The notes: generated by a model from the letters alone, not told the origin. A DNA stretch of 64,000 nt from Acidimicrobiia bacterium (GCA_035304485.1 DATGPZ010000069.1:324-64323), one strand, 5' to 3'; numbered from the stretch's first letter, positions 35,384 through 45,739 are shown. Made by a program: numbers and translations.

Positions 35384-36529
35384 GATGAGTGTCGCCGCCC
35401 GGCGGCGCGAGGTCTCGATCTCCACGGCCACGGCGGTGCGGTAGGCCTCTTCCTCCCGATCGGCCGGGGTGGTGAGCGCCGTCACGACCGCGGGGTCGCA
35501 CACCCCTGCCACGGCCACCGCATGATGCCGACCGAGAAGGGGAATCGCCTCGACGAGAGGCGTGGCGGCCGTCTCTTCCATCAAGTCGGTCAGGATCAAC
35601 ACGAAGGCCCGTTTGTGGTGGGCAATGAGGCGAAATGCGACCTCGAAATCGCTCTCGACCGGACTCGGCTCCAGGTCGTGGATTGCTTCGATCACGGCTG
35701 CCGCTCCGTCGCGGCGGGGGAGGAGCCGCCGGCGGACGCGATCGTCGAAGGCGACCACGCCGACCCTATCGCCGACCACATCGGCCGTTTCCGCCAATGC
35801 CGCCGCCGCATCCACTGCCACGTCGAGCCGGGTGCGTTCGGTGCCGTCTCCGACCGGCGCGGCCATCAATCGCCCGGTGTCGAGGAGGACGATCACCTCG
35901 CGCTCCTGGTCTATCCGGTACGTATTCGACATCGGTGTCCCCACACGGGCGGTGGCGCGCCAGTTGACCTGGCGGATGTCGTCGTCGGGCTGGTAGTCGC
36001 GTATCGATTCGAGTTCGGTCCCCAGTCCGAGCGGGCCTCGGCTGCGCCGAGAAGCGTCCCCGAACCGACCCAACCGGACCTCGGTTGCGATGCGCCGGGC
36101 GGCCGGCATATCGGGGTACACCACGAGCTCGATCTCTTCCGGCCGCCGATGGAACCAGCAGCCCAGACCCAGTGGGCCGACGGCCAGAGTGGCGGGACCG
36201 GGGAGGCGATGACGGCCCCGCCGGATCGCCCGGACGGTCCCTTCGATGCGGCCCGTCCCGTCCAGGGGCGACAGGCGGATGTCGGGGGATGGTGTCATTC
36301 GCAGCTGAACTCCGGGCGGTCCGGTGACCCTGAAGGCGGTGTCCACGCCCCGGGAGAGGATCGGCGGGATCACGACAGAGACATCCGGCAGGCCCCGGAC
36401 CTGCCAGGCGTCGGTGCCTATCACCACGAGGGAGATCACGAACACACCGACTGCCACCGGCGCAGGAAGAACGAGGGCGGACAGGGCGGCGAGGGCCAGG
36501 AGGCCGACACCCCGTCGGGTCAGGCTCAC
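35285..36529 (-). CDS. DUF58 (vWA-like) protein
   Basis: N-terminal TM pair, DDIRQVNWRATAR motif, and VLLDTG (MIDAS-less vWA-like). 4-nt overlap with moxR. Confidence 0.75.
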   Translation of the reverse strand: MSLTRRGVGLLALAALSALVLPAPVAVGVFVISLVVIGTDAWQVRGLPDVSVVIPPILSRGVDTAFRVTGPPGVQLRMTPSPDIRLSPLDGTGRIEGTVRAIRRGRHRLPGPATLAVGPLGLGCWFHRRPEEIELVVYPDMPAARRIATEVRLGRFGDASRRSRGPLGLGTELESIRDYQPDDDIRQVNWRATARVGTPMSNTYRIDQEREVIVLLDTGRLMAAPVGDGTERTRLDVAVDAAAALAETADVVGDRVGVVAFDDRVRRRLLPRRDGAAAVIEAIHDLEPSPVESDFEVAFRLIAHHKRAFVLILTDLMEETAATPLVEAIPLLGRHHAVAVAGVCDPAVVTALTTPADREEEAYRTAVAVEIETSRRRAATLISAYGADVIDTAPASLPRQAVAAYLQAKRRARL

Positions 36530-37455
36530 CGGGGGACGTCCACGTCCTCGAGGGCGGCCGCGACCGCATCGGAGGCCCCGTAGCCCTCCAGTTCGGCCTC
36601 CGGACGGATGAGGATGCGGTGGGTGAGGACGGTGGGAGCCAGCCTGACGATGTCGTCGGGTGTCACGAAGTCCCGGCCCGACAACCGGGCCAGTCCCCGA
36701 GCCGCTGCCACCAGGTGCACCGCGGCCCTGGGTGACGCCCCCAGCTCGACCGAGGGGAGCTCTCGGGTTCGCCGGACCAGGGAGGTGATGTATCCGGCGA
36801 CCTCATCGGAGACGTGGGTGGCGTCGATCTCCCGGCGCAACTCCCGCAGCTCCTCGCCGGAGGTGACCGGAGGGATCTCGTCGAGGCCGACTGGCGCGGT
36901 CCCGGCTCGTGGCAGCTCGACTATCGCTCGCTCCTCGTCTTCGGACGGATACCCCACGATCACCTTCATCAAGAACCGGTCGAGCTGGGCCTCGGGCAGG
37001 GGATAGGTGCCCTCGTATTCGATCGGGTTCTGGGTCGCCACCACCAGGAACGGGTCGGGAAGGCGGCGCGAGACACCGTCGACCGTCACTTGTCCTTCCG
37101 CCATCGCCTCCAGCAGCGCGGCCTGGGTCTTGGGAGGGGTGCGGTTGATCTCATCGGCCAGCAAGAGATTGGTGAAGATCGGGCCGGGCCGAAACGTCAG
37201 CTCTCCCTCTCTCAGCGTCATGGTCCCGGTCAGATCGGAAGGCAGCATGTCGGGGGTGAACTGGGCCCTGCCGAATTCGATCCCCAGAGCGCGAGCCATC
37301 GCCCGGGCCAGCAGGGTCTTGGCGGTGCCCGGCACACCCTCCAGTAGAACGTGGCCTCCCACCAAGGCCGCGATCAGGAGAGCGTCGATTGCTCCTGCCT
37401 GGCCGCGTACGACCGGTGTGACCGCAGCGTGGATCCGGTTTCTGATGTCTTTCAT
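36526..37455 (-). CDS. MoxR-family AAA+ ATPase
   Basis: [11 protein letters not shown] Walker A, LLADEINR Walker B, ATQNPIE. Confidence 0.9.
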   Translation of the reverse strand: MKDIRNRIHAAVTPVVRGQAGAIDALLIAALVGGHVLLEGVPGTAKTLLARAMARALGIEFGRAQFTPDMLPSDLTGTMTLREGELTFRPGPIFTNLLLADEINRTPPKTQAALLEAMAEGQVTVDGVSRRLPDPFLVVATQNPIEYEGTYPLPEAQLDRFLMKVIVGYPSEDEERAIVELPRAGTAPVGLDEIPPVTSGEELRELRREIDATHVSDEVAGYITSLVRRTRELPSVELGASPRAAVHLVAAARGLARLSGRDFVTPDDIVRLAPTVLTHRILIRPEAELEGYGASDAVAAALEDVDVPR

Positions 37456-37456
37456 C

Positions 37457-38560
37457 TCATCCCTTCTGCCGAGTCAAAGTGGCGAGCGCCCGGTCGAGCG
37501 CTATCAGATCGTTCCGTTCGTCGTCTTCACCGAAGATCGCCGACACCGAGGCAGGATCCAGTCCGGCTTCGAGTGCTGTCGTCTCGTCGACCGAGCCCCG
37601 CCTCGCCAGCCTGCGCTCGACCTCTTCCCGGAGGATCTGGGCCGCGGTTCGCCTGCTGCCGGAACGCTGGAGGATGCCGGCCACTGCGTCGAGGTAGGCC
37701 TGGCGACCGGGTGGTAGGCGGCGTTGGGTGTCGTAGGGCGGTCCGAACCGGCGTCCGTAGGCCACGAGCCCGAAGACCAGGGCCGCCGCCCCCAGCAACA
37801 GCATGGTTCGCCATGAGGGCGGAATGACGGACCACACGCCCCCACTCTCCTGGTACCCGTGGCGGAACTCGTCGAAGAGTACGGTGCCCGCCGGGTCCGT
37901 CAGGATCACCGCCGCGGGCGCGGAATCACTCAGGGCGATGTTGTGGAACGGATGGGAATCCGCCACCCAGATCAGGGTGCCGTCGCCAACGGCTCGCCGC
38001 ACGCCGACCACGAGACCATCCCCCGCCACCAGGATCGCCTCGTCCGCCGGCCTCGCCTCCAACGAGCCGAAACCGCCGAGCGCAACCGGCATGCTCGTGG
38101 CTTCGGGGAGTGAGAGGTCGGCTTCGGACGCACCAGCCGCCCGCCATTGGGGCGGGTCCTCCAGCAGGAGGCCGACGAGCTGCGAGCGGCCCGCCACCAG
38201 GAGATGTCCCCCTCCGGTCAGGAAACGGGTGATGGCCTCGACCTCCGAAGGGCCATAGGCGGTGTCCTCACCGTCGATCACGACCAGGGTGTCGGACGGT
38301 GGGAGGGGAACCTCGTCGAGTGGGACCCGGAGGCGGCTGACGGGCACCTCCAGTCGCTCCAGGGTCCCGGCGAGGGCGGCCGAGCCCCGCGGGGTGGTGA
38401 CGTAGCTCGAGCCCGTCGGGCCGGCGGTGGCGCCTTCCGCCGCGAACGACGAGACGAACCAAACCAGGATGTTCAGCCCCACGATCCCGGCGCCGACCCA
38501 CAGGAGGATTCGCCGGAGGCGGCGCCCTTCGTCGGTGATGGTGGTCGACGGCGGGATCAC
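37457..38560 (-). CDS. DUF4350-like membrane-anchored protein
   Basis: A single N-terminal TM, a large extracytoplasmic domain, and a second TM near residue 260. Position between DUF4129 and MoxR matches the conserved cluster. The family call is from memory. Confidence 0.55.
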   Translation of the reverse strand: MIPPSTTITDEGRRLRRILLWVGAGIVGLNILVWFVSSFAAEGATAGPTGSSYVTTPRGSAALAGTLERLEVPVSRLRVPLDEVPLPPSDTLVVIDGEDTAYGPSEVEAITRFLTGGGHLLVAGRSQLVGLLLEDPPQWRAAGASEADLSLPEATSMPVALGGFGSLEARPADEAILVAGDGLVVGVRRAVGDGTLIWVADSHPFHNIALSDSAPAAVILTDPAGTVLFDEFRHGYQESGGVWSVIPPSWRTMLLLGAAALVFGLVAYGRRFGPPYDTQRRLPPGRQAYLDAVAGILQRSGSRRTAAQILREEVERRLARRGSVDETTALEAGLDPASVSAIFGEDDERNDLIALDRALATLTRQKG

Positions 38561-39156
38561 CGACGTGCTCCCAAGAGTTCGGGCACGACTTCACGCACCG
38601 ATGTGAGGTCTGACGGCTCGGCTGGCCGGTCTCCATAGACCACGGCGTCGAACCGAGCGGCTATAGCTGCGAATCGATCCGAGCCCAGGGTCTCGACCAG
38701 GGATCCCGACGTCGTGCCGGGTTGGAGGTCGATGAGCCCGGCTCGATCCAAGCGAACCAGAGCTGCCCGGAAGAGAAGACGAAACGCGGTAGCGAGGTCG
38801 CCGGCGCCCTCGGCTTCGGAGGCTCGGGCTTCGAGCTCAGCCGGGTCGAGACCACGACTGCGTTCGAACTCTGTTCGCAACCGGGCCTCGACCGAACGCG
38901 CTCGGCGGCGCCCCAGGTTGGCGGTGATCAGGATCGCGGCGGCTATCACGACCACACCCACGATCAAGGCGAGGACGGCCGGTCCGCCCACTGCCTCGGA
39001 GGCTTCGAGGAGCCATTCCACGAAGCGGGTCCACATGCGTTCCAGCCATGCGATCAGCCTGGTCCACCACGGCTCGCCCTGGCGGTACTTGGGCTGAGAC
39101 AGTTCCTGCAGGGCCGCCCGGGTCACCTCCTCGGGTGACGGGAGCTCGGCCCTCAC
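38557..39156 (-). CDS. DUF4129-like membrane protein
   Basis: ...LSQPKYRQGEPWWTRLIAWLERMW... then a TM, then a C-terminal ...FDAVVYGDRPAEPSD block typical of DUF4129. Confidence 0.6.
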   Translation of the reverse strand: MRAELPSPEEVTRAALQELSQPKYRQGEPWWTRLIAWLERMWTRFVEWLLEASEAVGGPAVLALIVGVVVIAAAILITANLGRRRARSVEARLRTEFERSRGLDPAELEARASEAEGAGDLATAFRLLFRAALVRLDRAGLIDLQPGTTSGSLVETLGSDRFAAIAARFDAVVYGDRPAEPSDLTSVREVVPELLGARR

Positions 39157-40136
39157 GGGTTGCCGGGGTCGCCCAACCCGAAGGTGTCGTCCTCGCTGGC
39201 AGGGAGGGTGGGTCGCCGACCCTCCATCGCCTCGAGGTCACGCGCCATCAACTCCAGGTCGTACCCCTCCTTGCGCACGCGGAGATCGAAGTAGATGATC
39301 GTGATCATGGCTGCCACGAAGGGCGCCGACACTATGGAGACCAGGATCGACCCGATCACCGAGGGGACGAGTGATATCGACTCGCCACCGAGTACGTCCG
39401 CGAAGGACAACATCGAGATGACGGTGCCGATCACCTGGCTGACCACGAAGTAGAGCAGGTAGGCCAGTACGACGGCGCCCAGGACCGGCCAGAAGCGTCC
39501 TCGAACGAGACGAAACGATCGCCCCATCGACTGTAGTGGACCGCGCTGTTCGGCGATCACGGCGGCCGGAGCCACGGTCCAGCGGGTGACCAGGAAGACA
39601 GTCCCCAGCAGTCCGAGAAAGCCCAAGGGGACGATGGCGAGCAAGCCGACTGTTCCAGCCGCCATCACCGCGAGCATCGTCAGGAGGAGCGAGGCGATGA
39701 GGGGTGAGGCGGCACCGATGCCCACGAGGACCGTCGCACCGGTGAGAGGGAGGAAACGCCTCACGCCGGCCCGAAGCGAGGTCTGAGCGTCGGGCTCGAG
39801 GCCCTGGTAGGCCTGGGTCAGGGCCGTGATCGAGGCTCCCTGGACGATGACCGAGCCGAAGAACGAGAGCAGGCCCGTGAGACCGAAGACGGTGTAGAGG
39901 GGGACGAGGGGTGCGAAGACCTCCGACAAGGAAGCGTCGGCTTCCACCACCATCAGGCTCTCCAAGTCCAGTGGGCCCAGGGCGGCGGCGGCGATCAGTT
40001 CGATCAGCCCGATCGGTCCGAGGATGGCGGCGGAGATGGTGATGAGTGTGACGAAGTGGGTCCGGTACAACCGAATCGCCCCGTCGACCATCTCGCCGAC
40101 CCCGAGCGGTCGAAGTTGGGGCCGGGCTCTGTCCAT
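39153..40136 (-). CDS. Polytopic membrane protein (first gene of the MoxR cluster)
   Basis: MDRARPQLRPLGVGEMVDGAIRLYRTHF... with about 6-7 TM helices. Start at an internal ATG of ORF 39153..40205. Confidence 0.55.
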   Translation of the reverse strand: MDRARPQLRPLGVGEMVDGAIRLYRTHFVTLITISAAILGPIGLIELIAAAALGPLDLESLMVVEADASLSEVFAPLVPLYTVFGLTGLLSFFGSVIVQGASITALTQAYQGLEPDAQTSLRAGVRRFLPLTGATVLVGIGAASPLIASLLLTMLAVMAAGTVGLLAIVPLGFLGLLGTVFLVTRWTVAPAAVIAEQRGPLQSMGRSFRLVRGRFWPVLGAVVLAYLLYFVVSQVIGTVISMLSFADVLGGESISLVPSVIGSILVSIVSAPFVAAMITIIYFDLRVRKEGYDLELMARDLEAMEGRRPTLPASEDDTFGLGDPGNP

Positions 40137-40159
40137 CGGCGGGTACGGTAGCGGATCGC

Positions 40160-40990
40160 ATGCCGGAACTACCCGAGGTCGAGACCACCAGACGCCATAT
40201 CGCACCGGTCCTGGACGGCAGGACGATCGTGGCGGCGGAGCTGGGGCGTGACCGGATGGCGCGGCGCAATGCCCGGCCTTCCGATATTGCCGACCGGCTG
40301 GTGGGACGCAGGGTCGAGTCGGTAGGAAGGCGAGGCAAGTTCCTCGTCATCGACCTCGAGGACGACCTGACGTGGGTGATCCATCTGGGGATGTCCGGCC
40401 GACTCCAGGTGACTGAGCCCGACCAGCCACTGGAACCTCACACGCATCTCCGGGTTCGAACCGACGAGGGTCGAGAGGTGCGGATGATCGACCCGCGCAC
40501 GTTCGGTTTCGTGGCGGTCTTCACGCCCGAGGAACTCGCCGCCGACTCCATGACCGGATTGGGGCCGGATGCGTTGGAGGAGCTTCCGTCACCTGCCGAA
40601 CTGTCGGCGCGCCTCGATCGACGCCGCGCCCCGATCAAGTCGTTGCTCCTGGACCAACGCATCCTGGCGGGCCTGGGCAACATCTACGCCGACGAGGTGC
40701 TCTTTCGCGCCGGGGTCCGCCCCACACGGCCCGGTGGCGACGTCACCGAAGCCGAGTTGGAGGCCATCCTCCGAGCGATCCCGGAGGTGCTGGCAGCCGG
40801 GATCGAGTTCGGCGGCACCAGTCTCGACGACCTGGCCTATCTGCTACCTGATGGGCGAGCAGGCGAGTATCTCGCCCGCCTCGCCGTCTACGGGCGTACC
40901 GACGAGCCGTGTCGCGTCTGCGGGACACCCATCGAGAGGGTCGTGGTCGGCCAGCGATCGAGCCACTTCTGCCCGCGATGCCAGACATGA
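40160..40990 (+). CDS. mutM: Formamidopyrimidine-DNA glycosylase
   Basis: MPELPEVET N-terminus, H2TH, and a C-terminal zinc finger CRVCGTPI...CPRCQ. Confidence 0.9.
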   Translation: MPELPEVETTRRHIAPVLDGRTIVAAELGRDRMARRNARPSDIADRLVGRRVESVGRRGKFLVIDLEDDLTWVIHLGMSGRLQVTEPDQPLEPHTHLRVRTDEGREVRMIDPRTFGFVAVFTPEELAADSMTGLGPDALEELPSPAELSARLDRRRAPIKSLLLDQRILAGLGNIYADEVLFRAGVRPTRPGGDVTEAELEAILRAIPEVLAAGIEFGGTSLDDLAYLLPDGRAGEYLARLAVYGRTDEPCRVCGTPIERVVVGQRSSHFCPRCQT

Positions 40991-41004
40991 GAGACTGAAC
41001 GCCG

Positions 41005-41286
41005 ATGAAGGCGGTGCACGCGTTCGTGAGCGGAAGGGTCCAGGGCGTCTACTTCCGCCAGAGTTGCCGGCAGACAGCCCGCTCCTTGGGGCTGGTCGGG
41101 TGGGTGAGGAATCTCCGGGATGGACGGGTGGAGGTCTGGGCCCAGGGGGATCCAGAGGCGTGTGACCGGCTGGTCGACTGGCTGTGGACGGGGCCGGCAC
41201 GAGCCGAAGTGACCGGCGTCGAGGCCGACACCGTGGCTCCCGATACGACGCTACGCGACTTCTTCATCCAGCCCGACCCCCGGTAG
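41005..41286 (+). CDS. acyP: Acylphosphatase
   Basis: VSGRVQGVYFR and GWVRNLRDGRVE motifs. Confidence 0.9.
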   Translation: MKAVHAFVSGRVQGVYFRQSCRQTARSLGLVGWVRNLRDGRVEVWAQGDPEACDRLVDWLWTGPARAEVTGVEADTVAPDTTLRDFFIQPDPR

Positions 41287-41299
41287 TCCGCCGATTTGC

Positions 41300-41326
41300 G
41301 CACCGAATGCAATACCATTTCGGTGC
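41300..41326 (+). other. Perfect 8-bp inverted repeat (GCACCGAA - 11 nt - TTCGGTGC)
   Basis: Arms at 41300-41307 and 41319-41326. It lies 14 nt after the acyP stop and 5 nt before the next ATG. No U-tract follows. Confidence 0.4.
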
Positions 41327-41330
41327 AACG

Positions 41331-42182
41331 ATGAGCCATCAGTTCGGTTACGTCGAGCATCTGACGGACAAGGACATCGAGCTCATGGGCGAGGCGGCCG
41401 GGACCGACCCGCCCGACCTTCGTGTGCAGCTGCGGGAGAGCCCCGAGGCCTTCGACCGCCTCGTCGCCGACGCCCGGCTCTTCGAATTGGTCTTCGAGGA
41501 CCCCGATCCCGATTTGCGGGTCGGGCTCAGTCCATTTCTGCTCTTCGCCATTCTCGTCAGTCGCGCCTTCGATGATCTCGGGTCGATGACCTACGTGTAT
41601 GAGTGGACCGGCCCCGGAAAGCGACTGCCTGTGTTCGATGTCGACTCGTTGCGCGACTTCCTCGCGGACGCCGGTAGCCGCCTGTTCCTGGCCGAGTTTC
41701 TCGCCTCGTTCACGCGTATCGCCAGTGGCACCATCCGGGTCAGGACTCGGCGTGGCGTCCGGCGCCAGCGCTACTCGGAACTCGACCCGGTGCGCATGTC
41801 CGAGATGGTCGACGGTCTACCGGCTGCGCAGCGTCCCGGTGGGTACCGGCGGTTGGGCGACATCGCCCTCTTCCTCACCGGGGTCTTCCCCGACCACACC
41901 GCCGGTCACCCGGTGCCGCCGGTCCACCGGGAGAAGCTGGTCCGATCGGCGGGTCTGGACCCCGAGCGCGCGCTGCTGGCCGAATCCGACTTGCAGTTCC
42001 TCGAGGAACTGGGTGTGGCCTGGTATCGGAAAGCGGCCGAAGCGGCCCGATCGGTCGTCGGGTTCGCGCCCCGGGGCATCGATCGGGTGGCGGATCGCTT
42101 CCGTCCTGCCCGCCGTACCCTCAACTACCTGGCTGACACCTATCTCCATCACTACGACGGGGGTCTGAGCCGCCCGGCCTGA
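41331..42182 (+). CDS. Hypothetical protein (283 aa), no recognisable domain
   Basis: Protein-like composition (MSHQFGYVEHLTDKDIELMGEAAG...LNYLADTYLHHYDG). Alternative ATG at 41307. Confidence 0.55.
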   Translation: MSHQFGYVEHLTDKDIELMGEAAGTDPPDLRVQLRESPEAFDRLVADARLFELVFEDPDPDLRVGLSPFLLFAILVSRAFDDLGSMTYVYEWTGPGKRLPVFDVDSLRDFLADAGSRLFLAEFLASFTRIASGTIRVRTRRGVRRQRYSELDPVRMSEMVDGLPAAQRPGGYRRLGDIALFLTGVFPDHTAGHPVPPVHREKLVRSAGLDPERALLAESDLQFLEELGVAWYRKAAEAARSVVGFAPRGIDRVADRFRPARRTLNYLADTYLHHYDGGLSRPA

Positions 42183-42250
42183 GCCGGGAGTTGACCTGGT
42201 TGCCTACCTCACCGCTGCTAGCCTGCTGCGGGATCACACGTGTGTAATTC

Positions 42251-45200
42251 ATGTATCTGAAGACGCTCAAGCTCGTCGGCTTCAAGTCGTTCGCCGACCG
42301 GACCCGCCTGGAACTCCGCCCGGGGGTGACCGTCGTGGTAGGCCCCAATGGATCCGGCAAGTCGAATCTGGTGGATGCCGTGTCCTGGGTGATGGGCACC
42401 CAGTCGGCCAAGAGCCTTCGCACGCCGAAGATGGAGGATGTCGTCTTCGCCGGCACCGCCACCCGTCCCTCGCTCAACCGAGCGGAGGTGACGCTGGTCT
42501 TCGACAATGAGAGCCGGACCCTGCCGCTCGATCTGGACGAGGTGAGCATCACCCGTCGCCTCTACCGAGACGGGTCCTCCGATTACGAGTTGAACGGCGT
42601 CTCCTGCCGCCTGCTGGACATCCAGGAGCTCCTGTCCGATTCCGGGGTCGGGCGTCATCAGCACGTGATCGTCGGTCAGGGCCAGATCGATTCGGTTCTC
42701 AACTCGGGCCCGGCCGAGCATCGATCCGTGATCGAGGAGGCGGCCGGGATCCTCAAGCACCGGCAGCGGAAAGAGCGAGCACTGCGGCGCCTGGAGCGAA
42801 CCGACGCCGACATCCTCCGCCTCCAGGACATCGTGGGCGAGCTGACCCGCCAGATGAGGCCGTTGAAGCGGCAGGCCAACGCCGCCGAGCAGCACGCCGT
42901 CCTGACGGCCAATGTGCGGGCCCTTCATCTCTACCTGGGTGGAGAACAGCTGCGCGAGTTCGATGCGCGAATGGCGACCCTGACCGCCGAGCGCCAGGAA
43001 CTGGCCCAGAGGATCGCCGATGGTGAGGCCGAGGTCGACGAACTCGCCTCGGCCCTCAACATCCTGACGGCCGAGGCGGGCGAGGTCGGGCAGGCTCTCG
43101 ATCGAGACACGGCGGCGGCTGCCCGCCTGGAGACGATCCTGGAACGGTTGCGCCGGGCGGCGTCGGTGGCGCACGAACGTCGAAGGGCGGCGATGGCCCG
43201 CCGCGATGGCGCCGAGGAGCGCAAGCGCGACCTCGAGAGCGAACGCGATGGTCTGAGCGTGGAGGTGGAGGCGGTTCGGGCGGCAGTAGCCGAGGCCGCG
43301 GTGGTCGCCGAACGCGAGGAACGGCGCTCTCGCACTTTGGAGGACGAGGCGCGGTCCCTGGCTGACCAGGAGGGCCTCAGCCCCGAGGGTGCGCTGGCGG
43401 TGGTCCGTGGCGAGCTCCGGGCGCTGGAGGGGGCACAGCAACGCGACGGGCGGGAGCTCGATCAGGTGCAACGCCGCATAGGCGTCGTGGAGGCCCAGAT
43501 CCGAGACGACGGCGAGGAGGCGGATTCCCTCAACGAGGAGATCCGCAGGCTCGACGAAGAAGCCACGCTGGCTCAGACCGCCTATCGCAAGGCGAGTGAG
43601 GAACGGCAGGAACGCCAGAAGCACTGGGAGGCGATGGAAGCGGCCCTGTCCGAGGCCCGTCTGGCGGTCGCCTCGGCCCGGGCGCGTCTGGAAGCCGTCG
43701 AAGCGGCCGCCGAAGGGACGGCTGACCCCGAAGCGAGGGCGATCGTGGACGGCCGTTCCGGGCACCTCGGCTCACTCACATCGCTCCTCGACATCCCCGA
43801 CCACCTGGCGGCAGCAGTGGACGCCGCCCTCTCGCCGTGGGCAGACGCCTCCGTCTTCGATTCGACGACGGCCCTGCACGACGCCGTGGCGGCCTTGAAG
43901 TCGGATGGCCGCGGCGGAGTCCCGATGGTGGCCCCCGACGGGGTGGTGTCGACCGCCCGTGAGGTGGCCGCCACCCTGGGCCTGGAGACGCTGGTCGACA
44001 ACTTGGGGCCGAAGGCGAACCGGAAGGTCGCCGACGCCCTGTTGGGTGACGTGATCCTGGTCGAGGGATGGTCGGCGGGCCGATCGGTCGTCGCCGCCCA
44101 TCCGGAGGTCCGGGCCGTCACTCCCGAGGGAGACTTGATCACCGTCCACGGGGTCCGCGTGGCCCATCCCGACGGAGCCACTCCCGCCATGGTGGAAGCC
44201 GCCGAGGTGGCTCTCGAGCGCGCCACGACCGAACTGGCTCGAGTCCAGTCGCTCCACACCTCCGCCAAGCGCGACTTCGAGCACAGCCGGGGGAGGGAGC
44301 GCGAGACCCTGGAAGCGCTGGAAGCCATCGAGGCGCGAATCTCGGGCGCCAGCGAGGCCTTGGGGCGGGTCAATCGTGCTCGCTCCAACCTCGAGTCAGA
44401 GCTGGTTCGGCTGCAAGAGCGCAAGACTGCGCTCGAAGAGGCAGCGTCGGAAAGAGATGAAGCTCTGGCTCGGTTGCGTCGGCGTGTCGCTGCCCTCGAA
44501 GGTGAAGAGGCGGAAAGGCAGCGAGCATGGGAGGAGATGGAAGCTCGGCGGTCCGCCCTGGAAGCGGCACGCGAGGAGGCCCGAGCAGCCTGGAACCGGG
44601 CCGAGGCTGATCTTCGAGCCGCACGAGAGCGCCTCCAACTCCTTGAGAGACGTCAGCAGGCGGTCGAGGAAGCCCTGGAAGCCGAGCTGACTCGACCCGT
44701 GAGCGAAGCCGACCTGGAACGCTTCGAGTTGATCGCGTCGATCGCCCGCCGCGCGATCGACACGCTGGAAGGTCGCCTGGAGACGCTCCGCATCCGCCAG
44801 GCCGACCTCCGGGAGCGAGCCGGCGAGACGGGGGTGCAGCGCGAAGCTGTTCGGAATCGTCACGAGGCGGCCCGATCACGTCTGGAAGCGGACCGCAAGC
44901 GCCTGGGGGAGATCGATCTGGAGACGACCGAGATCCGGGTGCGACGGGAAGGCGTGGCGGAGGGTTTGCGCCGTGACGCCGACGCCGACGAAGACACCGC
45001 CCTGGCGGCACCGCGACCCGATATCGATGGAGTCGGACCGGACGACGACCTGACCCAGGTGCTGGCGGAGATGGAGGCCCGGCTACGACGCATGGGACCC
45101 GTCAACCCGCTGGCGGCCCAGGAGTACGCCGAGCTCGAGGAACGCCACATCTTCCTGACCGATCAGCTGGCCGATCTCGAGAGCTCCCGCCGGGAGCTGA

Positions 45201-45730
45201 GGCACGTGGTGGCGGCGCTAGACGAGGAGATCCAGGGTCGCTTCGACGCCGCCTTCGAAGAGGTCGCCCGCGCCTACGAGGAGCATTTCGCCCTTCTCTT
45301 CCCGGGGGGCAAGGGAAAGCTCCGGCTGACAGATCCGTCCGAGCCGTTGACCACCGGGGTCGAGATCCATGCTCAGCCGCTGGGCAAGAAGGTCAGCCAG
45401 CTTTCTCTCTTGTCGGGTGGGGAGCGGTCGCTGGCTGCTTTGGCCTTCCTCTTCGCCGTCTTTCGGGCTCGTCCCAGCCCGTTCTACATCCTGGACGAGG
45501 TGGAGGCCGCCCTGGACGATGCCAACCTCCGGCGCTTCCTCCGTCTCATCGAGGCGTTTCGTCACGATGCCCAACTGGTCATCGTCACCCACCAGCAGCA
45601 GACGATGGAGGCAGCCAACGTCCTCTACGGGGTGACGATGGAGCCGGGCGGGTCGTCGTCGGTCGTGCGCAAGGAGTTGGAGGCGGCCCAGGCCGAGGCC
45701 CGAACCGAGGAAGCCTCGGCGCAGGCATAG
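42251..45730 (+). CDS. smc: Chromosome segregation protein SMC
   Basis: MYLKTLKLVGFKSFADRT...GPNGSGKSN, long coiled coils, a hinge, LSGGE signature and a DEVEAALD Walker B. Confidence 0.95.
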   Translation: MYLKTLKLVGFKSFADRTRLELRPGVTVVVGPNGSGKSNLVDAVSWVMGTQSAKSLRTPKMEDVVFAGTATRPSLNRAEVTLVFDNESRTLPLDLDEVSITRRLYRDGSSDYELNGVSCRLLDIQELLSDSGVGRHQHVIVGQGQIDSVLNSGPAEHRSVIEEAAGILKHRQRKERALRRLERTDADILRLQDIVGELTRQMRPLKRQANAAEQHAVLTANVRALHLYLGGEQLREFDARMATLTAERQELAQRIADGEAEVDELASALNILTAEAGEVGQALDRDTAAAARLETILERLRRAASVAHERRRAAMARRDGAEERKRDLESERDGLSVEVEAVRAAVAEAAVVAEREERRSRTLEDEARSLADQEGLSPEGALAVVRGELRALEGAQQRDGRELDQVQRRIGVVEAQIRDDGEEADSLNEEIRRLDEEATLAQTAYRKASEERQERQKHWEAMEAALSEARLAVASARARLEAVEAAAEGTADPEARAIVDGRSGHLGSLTSLLDIPDHLAAAVDAALSPWADASVFDSTTALHDAVAALKSDGRGGVPMVAPDGVVSTAREVAATLGLETLVDNLGPKANRKVADALLGDVILVEGWSAGRSVVAAHPEVRAVTPEGDLITVHGVRVAHPDGATPAMVEAAEVALERATTELARVQSLHTSAKRDFEHSRGRERETLEALEAIEARISGASEALGRVNRARSNLESELVRLQERKTALEEAASERDEALARLRRRVAALEGEEAERQRAWEEMEARRSALEAAREEARAAWNRAEADLRAARERLQLLERRQQAVEEALEAELTRPVSEADLERFELIASIARRAIDTLEGRLETLRIRQADLRERAGETGVQREAVRNRHEAARSRLEADRKRLGEIDLETTEIRVRREGVAEGLRRDADADEDTALAAPRPDIDGVGPDDDLTQVLAEMEARLRRMGPVNPLAAQEYAELEERHIFLTDQLADLESSRRELRHVVAALDEEIQGRFDAAFEEVARAYEEHFALLFPGGKGKLRLTDPSEPLTTGVEIHAQPLGKKVSQLSLLSGGERSLAALAFLFAVFRARPSPFYILDEVEAALDDANLRRFLRLIEAFRHDAQLVIVTHQQQTMEAANVLYGVTMEPGGSSSVVRKELEAAQAEARTEEASAQA

Positions 45731-45739
45731 AATCGGCCC

